This document shows positions 1 to 10,735 of a stretch of DNA of 64,000 nucleotides, one piece after another. Positions within the stretch are counted from its first letter, which is position 1. Every line of letters starts with the position of its first letter. The position numbers and the translations under genes were made by a program. Below the pieces are notes generated by a model. That model saw only the letters and a program-made list of their open reading frames with translations, made no database searches and was not told the DNA's origin. This DNA is from Diplonema japonicum (taxonomy: Eukaryota > Protista > Euglenozoa: Diplonemea), in the NCBI GenBank assembly GCA_964019335.1, contig OZ025681.1, positions 372,001 through 436,000 on the forward strand. Direction: 5' to 3'.

Positions 1-867
1 AGAAATAATGAGAAGACGCTGTTTCAAGAATGCAACAGGGAGGGATAAGAGACTAAGGGTGAGCTAGAGAGGTACTTCTGGGTGTTTAGAAGGCATGGCT
101 ACCAGAGATGCATGAAGGAACAGCGCTTTGCTCCTTCTATCGTAAGCGTGGAGAGCCCATCCTACGTGTGGCTCAACGGAGTCCGCTTATTTGCACGAAT
201 AAAAATAACGTTATTATAACGGGGTACGTAATAAGAGTATGGGCCCTTTTTTGCGTTATGGTATTTGTTGATAACGTTATGCTTGCGTTATAACGTGCAG
301 GCCATGATATATGAATAAATTATATGAGTTGGTCCAGTCCGGGTCAATTCCGATATGAGGCCTATCCTTGGCGTGTAGTGTAAGATAAAAAAAGGTTAGC
401 AAGAAAAATGAGTTGAAGAAATCTTCGAGAGACGTGTTCTCAACCACTACTCTTGTTCTTTTTAGCATTTGCCGTTTATTGTGCCGAAGGGGACCCCTCT
501 TTTCTTCATCCTTTGTTTCTTTTTCATTGTTGCTCCGCCAAACAATAGTTTTTTTTTTTTTTGCTACCCGGCCTTCCACTTTCGGTTTCAACGCAAAGAG
601 GGGTTACTTTCCTCTGGAAACATAGAACTCCTTTTTTTATTCGTTTACATTAGCCAACGAGGTTCAGTTCTCCTTTGGAAAGAAAAAGAAAAAAGAAGGG
701 AGGGGGGAGGCAGCTATGCTGGCAAGAAAGGGGGGGGGGGGGGGGGGGAGAGCTTTGCAGGAAGAAATTTCGCCACATCGCAAAGAGAGGGAAAAAAAAA
801 AAAGAAACTCGATAAAATTTCAGTGTGCATGGGGGTGCTCACTGTTCTGTAAAGAAAAAAAAAAAAG

Positions 868-1401
868 AGACATTTAAGGGTATGTGACAGGTCTCAATCT
901 ATCTCTTGATCGAACCTTTCTGCTGTGGTGTGGCCTTCGGCCCCTCGTTCACCCTCCTCGGTACCTTAGGTATGAAACCCTCAACCGAGTTGGTAAGGAC
1001 ACAATAGTAGTACAGTTGTTTCTCAAGGATGTGGCGGGTCGCCGGGGAGGCGAATACCGGTCTAGAGGAGTAGCCCCTTGTGAGCTGTTGTAGTAACCCA
1101 ACGTGCGTAGGGAGTGGACAGAAACTACTGACGCTGCTGGGAGTGGATGCGTTCTAGTACCGTTATTACCCGGCCTATTACACGCGCAGTCACTTGGATG
1201 TCCTCACCCTCTTCACAAGGCGAGAGCCCCTAGTCTATGGCCAGCTCAAGCCTGGAGACCTGTCAGCCATCGGATGATGGTACGGGATAAGCCGTGGGAG
1301 GACTGTTGCCTCAAACCATTGTCGTAGTACCACCTCAGTGACCGTGGCTTAAGCAAACTCCCCTTCTCGCAAGGCCTGTTCCACAGGTGAACGCTGAAGT
1401 C

Positions 1402-1405
<4 letters not shown>
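868..1405 (-). mobile_element. Frameshifted relic of the same retroelement C-terminus
   Basis: Minus-strand frames give IIRWLTGL, VSRLELAID, VHSLRTLG and RPVFASPATRHIL in the family's order; embedded in A-runs. Confidence 0.6.
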
Positions 1406-1437
<32 letters not shown>

Positions 1438-1603
1438 ATAAAGGGGGGAAAAACTCAAAGTACGGGACAATTTCCCTGATAGAGGGCTGCCCTATATGGA
1501 TGGAAAAAAAAAACTCTGTTTTTGTAAAGGAGACTCTTTCTTTCTTATTTTTTTCAATGTTATAGCTGTGATGCCATTCCTCGCAAAAGAAAAACAAAGG
1601 GGG

Positions 1604-1770
1604 GGGCTATGCTGGCAAGAAACGGGGAAAACGTTTCCGTATCCGTTTCCTTTTGTTTTTCAAGATACTTAAGGAAACGGCCCCAAAATAAAAGGAAACG
1701 TTTCTGTTCCCTCATTTTCAAAAAAAAAAAAAAAAGAAAAATCTTGGAAACGCGTTTCCTTGCCAGCATA
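1604..1770. mobile_element. hAT-like MITE, same family
   Basis: GGGCTATGCTGGCAAGAAAC...TTCCTTGCCAGCATA; a lone end fragment is also at 713-728. Confidence 0.68.
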
Positions 1771-1890
1771 TACAAAGTCCCAAGGGAGGGGGGGAAGGTT
1801 TTTGGGTCCATTTTCTTTTTTCTTCCTCTCTTTTTCTTTCTGTTCACCTCAACTTACAAAGCCTTCTCTATTGAGTTTTCTTTTTCTTTC

Positions 1891-2403
1891 TTTTTTATCT
1901 CACTTTTTCAGAAATTTCTTCACTCCGGAAGCCCTATTATCTTATTGGCCATGTCTCATGATTTGATTTTTGGGGCTATAATTTGATCGCAACAAATAGC
2001 TGACGGGTTAAACCCGCGATCCCCGTGGGAGGACTGCCCGGGAAAAAAACTGAGATCAGACCGAAGAGCCCCGTACTTGTCAAGCTCAGACAGGACAGTG
2101 GCTAGTAAGTAGAACTGCCGCATATTGTTTAGACACCAAAAAATTATCTCGGCCAGCTATAAAAGATATAATCCTCATTGCCACAATCTCACTGCTATTC
2201 TGATTTTGGTGTTTTTTTTTTTTTTTTACCCTATTTTTTTTTGAGTCACCGGAATGACTCAATTTCTGAAAAGTGAGATCAAACTCCTAACTTGCCGCCA
2301 AATTATGGCCATTTCCATTCACTCTCGAACCTTATTTTTTTAAAAACCCCGGGTTTCGAGCGAAATTATGGCCATAATTTGTTGGTAGATTATAGATAGC
2401 TAG
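1891..2403 (+). mobile_element. Diverged member of the Helitron-like repeat
   Basis: Inverted pair ~1898-1930 / ~2249-2280; ends TTGTTGGTAG...ATAGCTAG|T. Confidence 0.45.
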
Positions 2404-2981
2404 TCTGCGTGTGCGATATTGAAAACTCAATCAAGTTGCCGTGGGTGGCTGGAAAAAGGAAAAAAAAAGGGTTGCCGATGCAATCTTTTTTATTTGAAAG
2501 AAAAGGGGACAGACACCAAGTAAACCTTTCTGTAGATGATATTGCAACGGTGACATAAAAATGGAAATTCCAAATCTACACTACCATGGGTGTATTGACT
2601 TAACATAACAAATACTGAGCTCGCAGGGAAATCCGCCATAACAGGTTTCCTCGGTCCGCTGCTTCACTAACGCGCATAAAGGGACTTCCCTACTTAAAAG
2701 AAAGAATATTTGATAGACGACAAACCACAGATGGCCATCAAGAACGAGTAGCACACCCATGATATGAATGAGAAATGAAGGAAGAAAGGAAGGGTAGAAA
2801 TAAAAATATCGAAGATCTCTTTTTCTTTGTTGGTTGAAATAAGAAACCCGGAATGAAGTGACAAAAGGAAGAACAAAAAGACACCACTCAAGAAGAGTTT
2901 AAGGAAGATAACAAAAAAGAAGGGCAAAAAAAAAAAAAAAAAGAAGGAAGAAACAAAAGTAAATTTATAATTTAAAAATAA

Positions 2982-5582
2982 TTAGTCGTGCTTAGCAACA
3001 GTACTTTTGACCAGGAAGTTTTGAAAGAAGCTTTCTGTGATGTCCTGCGGTGGTCCTAGTAACCTGTCCAGTGCGACAAGCTGCTCCCTGCTAAGTACTT
3101 CTCGCAAGCTAGGGTCCACCCTGCTCGTGAGGGATTGCGTGCGTGCCACTTCTGCAAAGTGAGGGTGAAGGTGGTCAGTGCTACTGCTCTCGATCTGGTA
3201 CATCCACTCCTGCTCCACCGCCTCAGAGGCCTTCTTGAGGCAGTACATGACAGAGGGCTTGTCCTCGTAGTTGACCTGGAGGACCCCGACAGCCTCCAGT
3301 AAGTAGCTCCCTGTGAGGAGCTCTGCGAATTTTGCTCCCAAGACTGCCACGGGACGCTTCACCTCCTTTTGAAGATGCGAAGCATAAGCCTGCGCACCTT
3401 GCAGGTGTTCCATTACTAGGCCACACATCCCGAACCCACGGTGAGTCTGTGACCCGAGGTTCCCCGCCTGCACCGTCCCGTGGGCCATCCCAACCGACAC
3501 GCTCATCCCCTTGCACACCTCCGACCTTAGTATTGTGTTTGCGAACAGTGCTGCCCTCATCGGGGTGTCGGCACATTTGCTCGACACATTCCATGTCACG
3601 TAGAAGCTCAGCGGGTCGTGCGGGGCGAACCCGTGCACCACTCCCTTTGTTGTCTGACCCGCCTGCTCTACCAGCTCAGTGAGGGCCACGAACGAGTCAG
3701 GGATGCGGATACTTCTCCCGTTCCCTACATTCCATGTTGCAACACCACCGCTGCCCTCGGACTCGAACCGTACCTTCACGAAGCTCCCCTTCACCAGTTG
3801 CAGGGACAGCCCTGTGGGGTGGATGTGCAAAGCACGCAGGTGCGCCGTAGAGTGCGAGTGCGTCGTGACGTCCTCTGTGCACGACCGCGAGTGTGACACA
3901 TTCGACTTCGACACAGACGCTGTCTCCTCGTCCGTCGTCTCCTCTGCGAACAGCGTGTTCGGGAGGAAGGCCTTGTACTCCTTCAGCGCCTTGCAAGCCA
4001 ACACCAAGCCCTTCGACACTGCATGCACCTCCTTCACAGAAAGGCACTTCGAGAACGTGATCCTGTTCAAGTTCTCCTCAACCACATCGGGCTCAAATGT
4101 CTGCAGGCTATCCAGCGTCCCTGCTATCCTGTTCAGTGGAATCGCCACGAGGAAGATCTCCAGGAGCGCCATCGTCGCGTCGAACACAAACACCAGACAC
4201 GCAAAGGTGATGAAGACCACCAGTGCCGCCATCACCTTGTTCTGCACAGACCGTGTCGTCGTGAGCCACAGGATGGCTATGTCCATGGCCGGCTCCCCAG
4301 AGGCGGGGACGAAGGTGAACAACTGTGTCTGTCGCAAGAAGTGCTCGGACCCATCAAGGTTCTTCTTCCAGAACACCGAGTCTGGACGGGGCTCCTCCCT
4401 TGCGAACCCAGCACTCCTCCACCCTGCCTGGATCACCGAAGACATGTTCACGATCCTCACCGCACACTCCTTGATATCCTTCTGTTTCCCGTGCCTGTCC
4501 TCCAACCAGCACTCCTGGTTGATCATGGTCTGCCCAGTGGTTGCCGTGTAGACGATCTCTGTCGTCTGGTCGTAGATGATCACTGTCGTGTCCTCGTGTT
4601 GCTTTGCATATGTGGTGATCGCCTCCTCCCACACTGAAAACACGAAGTAAGTCTGAAGCCAGACCTGCTTGTACTGCGACCACGGGTGCGGGGGAGGGGG
4701 TGCGAGGTACCCTGTGTCGAAAGCGGCGAACACGTACGTGTTGTTGTCGGTGGCGTACCACGGAGTGGGGCTCCTGAAACGTGTGAGGACAGCCCGCCCC
4801 TCCCCACGTATGAAAGAGTCACCCGGGTAGGTGTCGGGAGTGTACTTCGTGAAGTCACCGTCATGAGGGAGCCCGTACTTCTTTGGCCAGTCGAAGGTGT
4901 TGAAGGAGTAGTTGTAGGCCTCGTACGAAGAAGTCCCATTGTTCTCGTGAAGGGCGTCCACCAGGACGAGAGGCTGCACCCATGGGTCCGCGTTGATGTC
5001 GTAGGCCTTCGGGTTGAGGTGTTGCCCGTAGCGGGCGAAGACGTACTCCCTGACACCTCCGCTCTTCAGGTCGTACCAGATGTGGGTGTACTGCCCAGCA
5101 GGGTCCTCCCGCTCCCAAGGGACGAGAACGATACCGACTTCTTGCACCACTTTGCTGTTGGCGACACGGGACCACGCCTTCCAGCGGATGAGCTTGGTCC
5201 ACTCCTCAGTGACGCTTTCAGGAACTTCGATGAAGTTTGTGGTGGCGTTCCTCACGATGGGGACAGGGCTCTGTATGATGGGGTCCGTGACCGACATGAA
5301 GAGGTCGAGGAGCTCCCTGTTGGCCGTCTTCACTTCGTTGATGGTCCCGACGATCTCGTCCTTCAGGCGGCCCACCTCCGTCTCCGATGAGCTCTCCACA
5401 ACGCTCTCAAGTGACTCCACCGACTGCAGGTACATCCACACACCCCCTGCCACTGAGCACACCGTCGACACGAGTGTTGTCATCACAATCAGAACTGTTA
5501 CATTCACACGGCCGCCTCTGTCATAGCGCACTGTGCCTTTCTCAGGAGTCGTCCCAACAGTTGTGACCACAGTCGCGGGCAT
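2982..5582 (-). CDS. Receptor-type membrane protein with degenerate class III nucleotide-cyclase domain (paralogue 1)
   Basis: Long ORF; likely start MPATVV at 5582, just after a pyrimidine-rich ...CTCACTCAG acceptor-like site. Two hydrophobic segments flank a ~390-aa extracellular region, followed by a HAMP-like helix and the cyclase-like motif VSVGMAHGTVQAGNLGS...GFGMCG. Confidence 0.8.
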   Translation of the reverse strand: MPATVVTTVGTTPEKGTVRYDRGGRVNVTVLIVMTTLVSTVCSVAGGVWMYLQSVESLESVVESSSETEVGRLKDEIVGTINEVKTANRELLDLFMSVTDPIIQSPVPIVRNATTNFIEVPESVTEEWTKLIRWKAWSRVANSKVVQEVGIVLVPWEREDPAGQYTHIWYDLKSGGVREYVFARYGQHLNPKAYDINADPWVQPLVLVDALHENNGTSSYEAYNYSFNTFDWPKKYGLPHDGDFTKYTPDTYPGDSFIRGEGRAVLTRFRSPTPWYATDNNTYVFAAFDTGYLAPPPPHPWSQYKQVWLQTYFVFSVWEEAITTYAKQHEDTTVIIYDQTTEIVYTATTGQTMINQECWLEDRHGKQKDIKECAVRIVNMSSVIQAGWRSAGFAREEPRPDSVFWKKNLDGSEHFLRQTQLFTFVPASGEPAMDIAILWLTTTRSVQNKVMAALVVFITFACLVFVFDATMALLEIFLVAIPLNRIAGTLDSLQTFEPDVVEENLNRITFSKCLSVKEVHAVSKGLVLACKALKEYKAFLPNTLFAEETTDEETASVSKSNVSHSRSCTEDVTTHSHSTAHLRALHIHPTGLSLQLVKGSFVKVRFESEGSGGVATWNVGNGRSIRIPDSFVALTELVEQAGQTTKGVVHGFAPHDPLSFYVTWNVSSKCADTPMRAALFANTILRSEVCKGMSVSVGMAHGTVQAGNLGSQTHRGFGMCGLVMEHLQGAQAYASHLQKEVKRPVAVLGAKFAELLTGSYLLEAVGVLQVNYEDKPSVMYCLKKASEAVEQEWMYQIESSSTDHLHPHFAEVARTQSLTSRVDPSLREVLSREQLVALDRLLGPPQDITESFFQNFLVKSTVAKHD

Positions 5583-5727
5583 CGTTGCACCTGAGTGAGA
5601 AGGTAAGGAATATAGCAATAAGGTAGTCATTGAGTGCTAGCAGAGTCTGGAAAGACTCGAGGCTCACATTGTGAAGAAAGGAATTGCACGCTGTACCCAA
5701 GCTTTCCCAACGTAAGGAGAGGTTATA

Positions 5728-5790
5728 TCATCGCAAGCACACTGTCCTCATCGCAAGCACACTGACCTTATCAAGCACACTGTCTCTCAT
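5728..5790. repeat. 20-bp minisatellite, about 3 units
   Basis: TCATCGCAAGCACACTG(T/A)CC repeated. Confidence 0.85.
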
Positions 5791-6027
5791 GGTTAAAAAA
5801 ATCATAATTCTGAGGCATAGGGTTTGTCAGAAGGGCGGCAGTGGATATGAAAAAAAAAAGAGAAAAAAAAGAGGGGGATAAAAAGAGGAAAATACGTTAT
5901 TGACTTCACAAAGAAAAAAAAAAAACAAAAAAGAAAAAAGAAAAGAGGGAAAGAAAAAAAAAAAAGAACTAGTTGCTTGGTCAACAATTCTGTTTGTATG
6001 TGAGAGGCTATAAACACCCGTAAACAG

Positions 6028-6085
6028 GTTGCCAACGTTCCCCTTTTGTTTAAACAAGTCAAAGATTCGTTCTTGCAAACAAACG
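6028..6085. repeat. Dispersed ~55-bp repeat (also at ~12052-12108 and ~43302-43356)
   Basis: TGCCAAC.T.C.CCTTTT.GTTT...AAGTCAAAGA.TC.TTCTTGCAAA in three spacers, all in the same orientation. Confidence 0.8.
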
Positions 6086-6168
6086 GTTTTTTTTTTTTTT
6101 TTTTACCTAATAAAGAATAGGCGAGTTATTCATTGTACGCAAGTACAAAAAGGGAGGAATGGGGGGGC

Positions 6169-6364
6169 GGGCTATTGCTGGCAAGGAAGCGCGTTTTCCA
6201 AGCTTTTTGAAAATAAGGAAACGGAAACGTTTCCCTTATTTTGGGGCCGTTTCCTTAAAAAGAGAACGCGCCTTCCTCTGAGAAGCAAAACGCGTTTCCT
6301 TAAGTATCGAAAAAATAAGGAAACGGATACGGAAACGCTTCCCCGTTTCTTGCCAACATAGCCC
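6169..6364. mobile_element. hAT-like MITE, same family
   Basis: GGGCTATTGCTGGCAAGG...CTTGCCAACATAGCCC; inverted relative to 1604-1770. Confidence 0.68.
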
Positions 6365-6830
6365 GGGGGGGGGGGGGTTAAAACTTTTTTTCCCTCGCTT
6401 TTTCTGTTGTTGTGTGAGGATTCTACGACTGAAAAGAAAAGGAAAAAAAAGTGAAGTGTAAGGTTTCTCTTCTTTAAGGGTGGCGGGGCTAACATGGATA
6501 TATAAGAAGTACATCAGATGTGTTCGCTGTTGACCTCCTCGTCGGTCATCATCGATAGCGCCCGAGTGGAAGAACGTATTACAGATGCTCAGGGTGACTA
6601 ACAAGCAGCAAACTGCACGAGCGCAGAATCCGTCATCAGGTAGACAGTTCATGCTTCGTTGCAACCAAAGCCCCATTTTTTTTTTTTTTTTTTTTTTGCA
6701 GCCATTTCGTGCACTCCGTGCGTGCTCAGACGCCGGAGGTCGCCAATCCTTAACAACATAAGGGGAAGTTTGTGGGAAGAAATAGAGAAAGATACAAAAG
6801 AGCTGTTTCCTCTTCTCCCCCCCCCAAAAA

Positions 6831-6962
6831 AAAGAAATACTGTAAACGAAACATGTCGAGCTGACAAGTGCCCATGTCAGGCGTAAATAAAAGCCCAAAA
6901 AAAAAAAAACTTAGACATATGCCAGCGCGACGAAATGTTTGTCGCTTTACAGTATTTCTTTT
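6831..6962. repeat. Small inverted-repeat element (MITE-like)
   Basis: AAAGAAATACTGTAAA... / ...TTTACAGTATTTCTTT, with further imperfect pairing inward. Confidence 0.6.
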
Positions 6963-6966
6963 TCCG

Positions 6967-7432
6967 TTTTACTTCACTCTTCTGAAATCACTCATGCAGG
7001 TGAAATAATGGCCTGTTTTAATAAGCTTCAGTAGTCCAATTTTTGCCCTCGTTTCAGTTCTTTTCCTCTCAGTTTGCTAACTTCCGGCGAACTTTTGCCT
7101 CGGCTCAGACTACTTTTCCCTCCCAATTTGCCCACTTTTGGCTGGGCCTTGTTCCCAGTTCAACTTTTCTATTTAGTCAGCTTAAATGGTGACAGTGGCA
7201 ATGCCAGCGACACCTATAGAGCATTGAGGGGAAAAAAAAGACTTTGTACTGTAACCTTTGTAACCCTCGTGGTGAAGTAATTTCAGAGTGTCGTGAAATA
7301 TAACGCCAAGTAATGCGTTACTGTCCTCTCGGATCCGCATTTTTTTTACCATCGAGGGCCCTCGATGGTAAAAAAAATGCGGAAGCTCGAGGTAACGGTA
7401 AAGTTATTTACTTGTTGGCAGTAAATAGCTAG
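6967..7432 (+). mobile_element. Copy of the Helitron-like repeat
   Basis: Matches 19657-20400; 50-bp perfect palindrome at 7334-7383; ends TTGTTGGCAGTAAATAGCTAG|T. Confidence 0.6.
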
Positions 7433-7457
7433 TTTCTTGTGGTGATACCAACAGCAT

Positions 7458-7577
7458 GTTTTTGTTTTTGTTTTTGTTTTTGTTTTTGTTTTTGTTTTTG
7501 TTTTTGTTTTTGTTTTTGTTTTTGTTTTTGTTTTTGTTTTTGTTTTTGTTTTTGTTTTTGTTTTTGTTTTTGTTTGT
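7458..7577. repeat. (TTTTTG)n microsatellite
   Basis: About 19 perfect units. Confidence 0.97.
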
Positions 7578-7771
7578 TCGCTTTTAGGCTGGCGTGCTTT
7601 GCTTTGGAGTTTGGAAAAACTGCAACCCCAACAGCACTGCGACGCTGCAGCCCCGTTACTTCTTTAAACCTCGGTTTTAAAAAAAAAAATTATTATTGCG
7701 GGTTTGCGGGCATCTTTTTTTTGAAAGATAAAATATTTTGTAACAAATAAAACTTTAAAAAAAAAAAAAAA

Positions 7772-8588
7772 TATATATATATATATGAGTTAAAGGAAGT
7801 CTTTGTGAGACGCCCCCTTGTTCTCATCTTCTACCTGCACCTATCCCCTTTCAGCAGCGGTTTCTCCTCCTTTGGTGGTCTTGCCGGCCTTCTCCCCAGC
7901 CTGGCCGCTCTTTCTCTTCGTTCTCTTGCCCATTGTCCTTTCAACGCCTCTAGGTCATGCTTGGTCTTCGGTGATGCAAATATCGCCCTCCTGTTCCATC
8001 CGATCACCGCCTTTGTCCTCCCGATGGATCGTAGTGTGTGCACCCTTGTGCTCGGCTCAGCTGGGAAGGCCCTCCTTCCTTTCACCTTCTTCAGTACCCT
8101 CCCTAGTTCCCATGTGTGCCAGATCTTCTTCATCAGTCCATGCAATCTCCTCGCTTTCTGCTGTACTTCTGCGAGATCCCCCAGCTTCCCTCCAAGGGTC
8201 TTCCCGGTCACGTTCTCGAAATCCAGTGCCAGCTCCACCGTCGACACTGACGTGTTCCTGCTGCCTGCATACCAGCGCAGTTGCCGCATCCACCTCAGCA
8301 CCTCCTTCGTGTACTCCCGTAGGACATCCCCTGCCGGTAGCTTGCCGAAGTCCTTGTCCGACGGTACTGGGTGTTCTTGACCTTGTGTGATCTCCAGCCA
8401 CTGGGGTGTGTGGTACACCTCCTGCCTCTTCGCTTGTAGGGCTGCGTCCCGCTCCCCCACCACCGCCAGCAGGTACCTTTGCGTTCCTTCGAGCCTTTCC
8501 CTGACATCCTTCCCTGCTCCCCTTGGCAGGATGCCATGCAGCTTCGTACACGGTTCCAGCCCCCTGCGTGTCATGCCTTCGTGTTCTT
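7772..8588 (-). mobile_element. 5'-truncated retroelement-like relic (C-terminal ORF fragment + 3' UTR + (TA)n)
   Basis: 247-aa ORF with WMRQLRW...VSTVELALDFE; flanked on both sides by plus-strand TT followed by an A-run; its 3' ~110 bp recur at 51922-52028. Confidence 0.65.
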
Positions 8589-8686
8589 AAAAAAAAAAAA
8601 AAACAGAAAACTCGATTTATTTGCCAGTTATTTGGCTTTGGCCAACTGTCCGCGAGCTTAGGAAATTTTAAGCTAGATGGATTGCG

Positions 8687-8721
<35 letters not shown>

Positions 8722-9354
8722 GGTTTTTAGGATTTGTTTGCACACAGTATAAATCCTGGTGGGATAAAATACGTGCAAACTACCCACGACTCTTTTGCTC
8801 TTTACGAGAATATAAACAGTACTTTTTTTTTAAAAAAAAACAAAAAACAAAAAAAAAAACCTAACTAGAAAAATCTAAAAAAAACAACAAAAAAAAAAAA
8901 AGAAAACGGTTTTCAATTCAATTTTTGTTTCAATTTTGGAGTAGTAGAAAGTTTTTTTTTTTTTTTTTTTTTATTGAAGGATAGAGGTGCACCCTCTCCA
9001 CCATTGCAGACTGATCCCAACGGGGTGTTGGCAGCGTCCTTATGTGTCAAAGGTCGGGGGGTTAATTCTGAATGTTAAAATTCTACGTTCAGAAAAAACA
9101 GTCACAGTGACATACAAAAGAACTGCCCACCTTGATGATAGCTTAAAGCTCATCGTGAAAGGAGAAAGGGAGAATAAAAGAAATCGCAAACATAATGGGC
9201 GAGGGGACACTCTGGGGAGGGGGTTAGTTTTCATTCTTTTTTTTCTTCTTTTTTTTTTGTATAAAGATCAAAAATCGCAAAAGCACGGAGAAAAGGTATA
9301 GAGGGATAACAAAGGTAACAGGAAAAAAAAAAAGAAAGAAAAAAAAAAAGAGAA

Positions 9355-10180
9355 AAAATAAAGAGGTAAAAGGAAATCCCTGATCTGGGACGTCCTGTCT
9401 TGTTCTTCTACCTGCCCCTATCTCCCTTCAGCGGCTTCGGTCTTTCCTTTTTGGGCTGAGCCCGCTCCCTCATGGCGCTCACCCGCTCCTTCTGCCACTG
9501 CTGTCTCAGTTTCTGGAGGTCCTTCTTCGTCTGTTCCGAGACGTGCAGCGGTCTTCTGTCCCAGCCCAAGACCTTTCTCCCCCCTATGGTCCTCAGGCCG
9601 TGGTTCCGCCGTTGCTCCGCCGGTATGGCTCTGTGTCCCCTGACCTTCCTTATCCGCGCGTCCTGCCAGCCTTCCTGCAGCCTCACCAGCAGGCCATGTA
9701 GCCGTCTCGCCTTTTTACCTATCAGTGTCAGGTCTCCACGTTCACCCACCAGCGACTTCATTGTGCTGTTCTCGAAGTCCAGCGCTAGCTCTATTGTCGT
9801 GACCGTTGTTCTCCTCGGGCCCCGGTACCACTTGAGCTGCCCTAGCCATTTGACGATCTCCTGTCCGTACTGTTTCATGAGCCCCCCCCCTACATGTTGT
9901 CGTAGTTCTCTCCATGTCGGTGTCGGGTGTCCTTTTCCTTCTGTGATCACTTCCCACGGGTGAGTCGTGTACCTCTCCAGTGCCCTCTTTTCCTGCAGGC
10001 GGCGGTCTCGTTCTGTTACCACCTCCAGGAGGTAGAGCTGCAGGCTCTTGAGATGCTCTTTGTCGTGTCCTCGCGGCAGCACTCCGTGCAGCTGCATGCA
10101 CCTCGGCATGGCCGTCCGTTCCTCCACCACTGCTCTGTTAGCCTCCTCGTTTTGTATTTCCCTTGCCAACTCGCAGTCAG
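9355..10180 (-). mobile_element. 5'-truncated retroelement-like relic, same protein family
   Basis: 253-aa ORF colinear with 7831-8574 (LHGVLPRG, VTTIELALDFEN, KPLKGDR); A-rich flanks on the plus strand. Confidence 0.65.
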
Positions 10181-10199
10181 AGAAAAAAGAAAAAAAGAA

Positions 10200-10735
10200 G
10201 AAAGGACTTGATACGAAGCAACATTCAGTTTCGCTCTTTTTTTCTTATTCTTTTCTTTTTCTTTTCTTTTTTTTTTTTTCTTCCTTCTTTTTTTCTTCTT
10301 TTCTGTTCTTCAAATCCTTCATACTGACGTAGTCGAAACAAAAGAAAACAGAGAAAAAACTTAAAAAAAAAAGAAGAATGGACTTGATACGAAGCAACAT
10401 TCAGTTTCACCCCCCTTTTTTTTTTCCTTCTTCTTTTTTTTTCTCTTTTTTTTTCTTCTTTCTTTTTTTTTCCTTTAAATCCTTCATACTGACATAGTCG
10501 AAACAAAAAAAAAGGGGAAAATAAAAAAAGAATTGATAAATTTCGGTGTGCGGGTGCTCACCGTAAAATAAAACAAAAAAAAGAGAAAAATAAAAATAAA
10601 AAAGAAGAATGGACTTGATACGAAGCAACATTCAGTTTCACTCTTTTTTTTTTCTTCTTCTTTTTCTTTTTTTCTTTCTCTTCCTTCCTTTTTTCTTCTT
10701 TTCTTTTCCTTTAAACCCTTCATAACTAAAACGAA
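10200..10735. repeat. Three tandem ~175-230-bp units
   Basis: GGACTTGATACGAAGCAACATTCAGTTTC at ~10204, ~10380 and ~10611, each followed by a T-tract, CCTTCATA and an A-tract. Confidence 0.85.

Noticed and set aside
3679-5526. Long plus-strand ORFs overlapping the minus-strand genes (also in 13123-15022, 17274-19052 and 27627-28658)
   Set aside because: Antisense shadows of GC3-rich coding sequence.
10310-10345. CTGACGTAGTCGAAAC as a hammerhead ribozyme core
   Set aside because: It lacks CUGANGA and flanking helices, and the second copy (CTGACATAG) deviates further.
10200-10735. CRISPR-like repeat/spacer array
   Set aside because: Eukaryotic context, spacers are homologous low-complexity tracts, and there are no cas genes.
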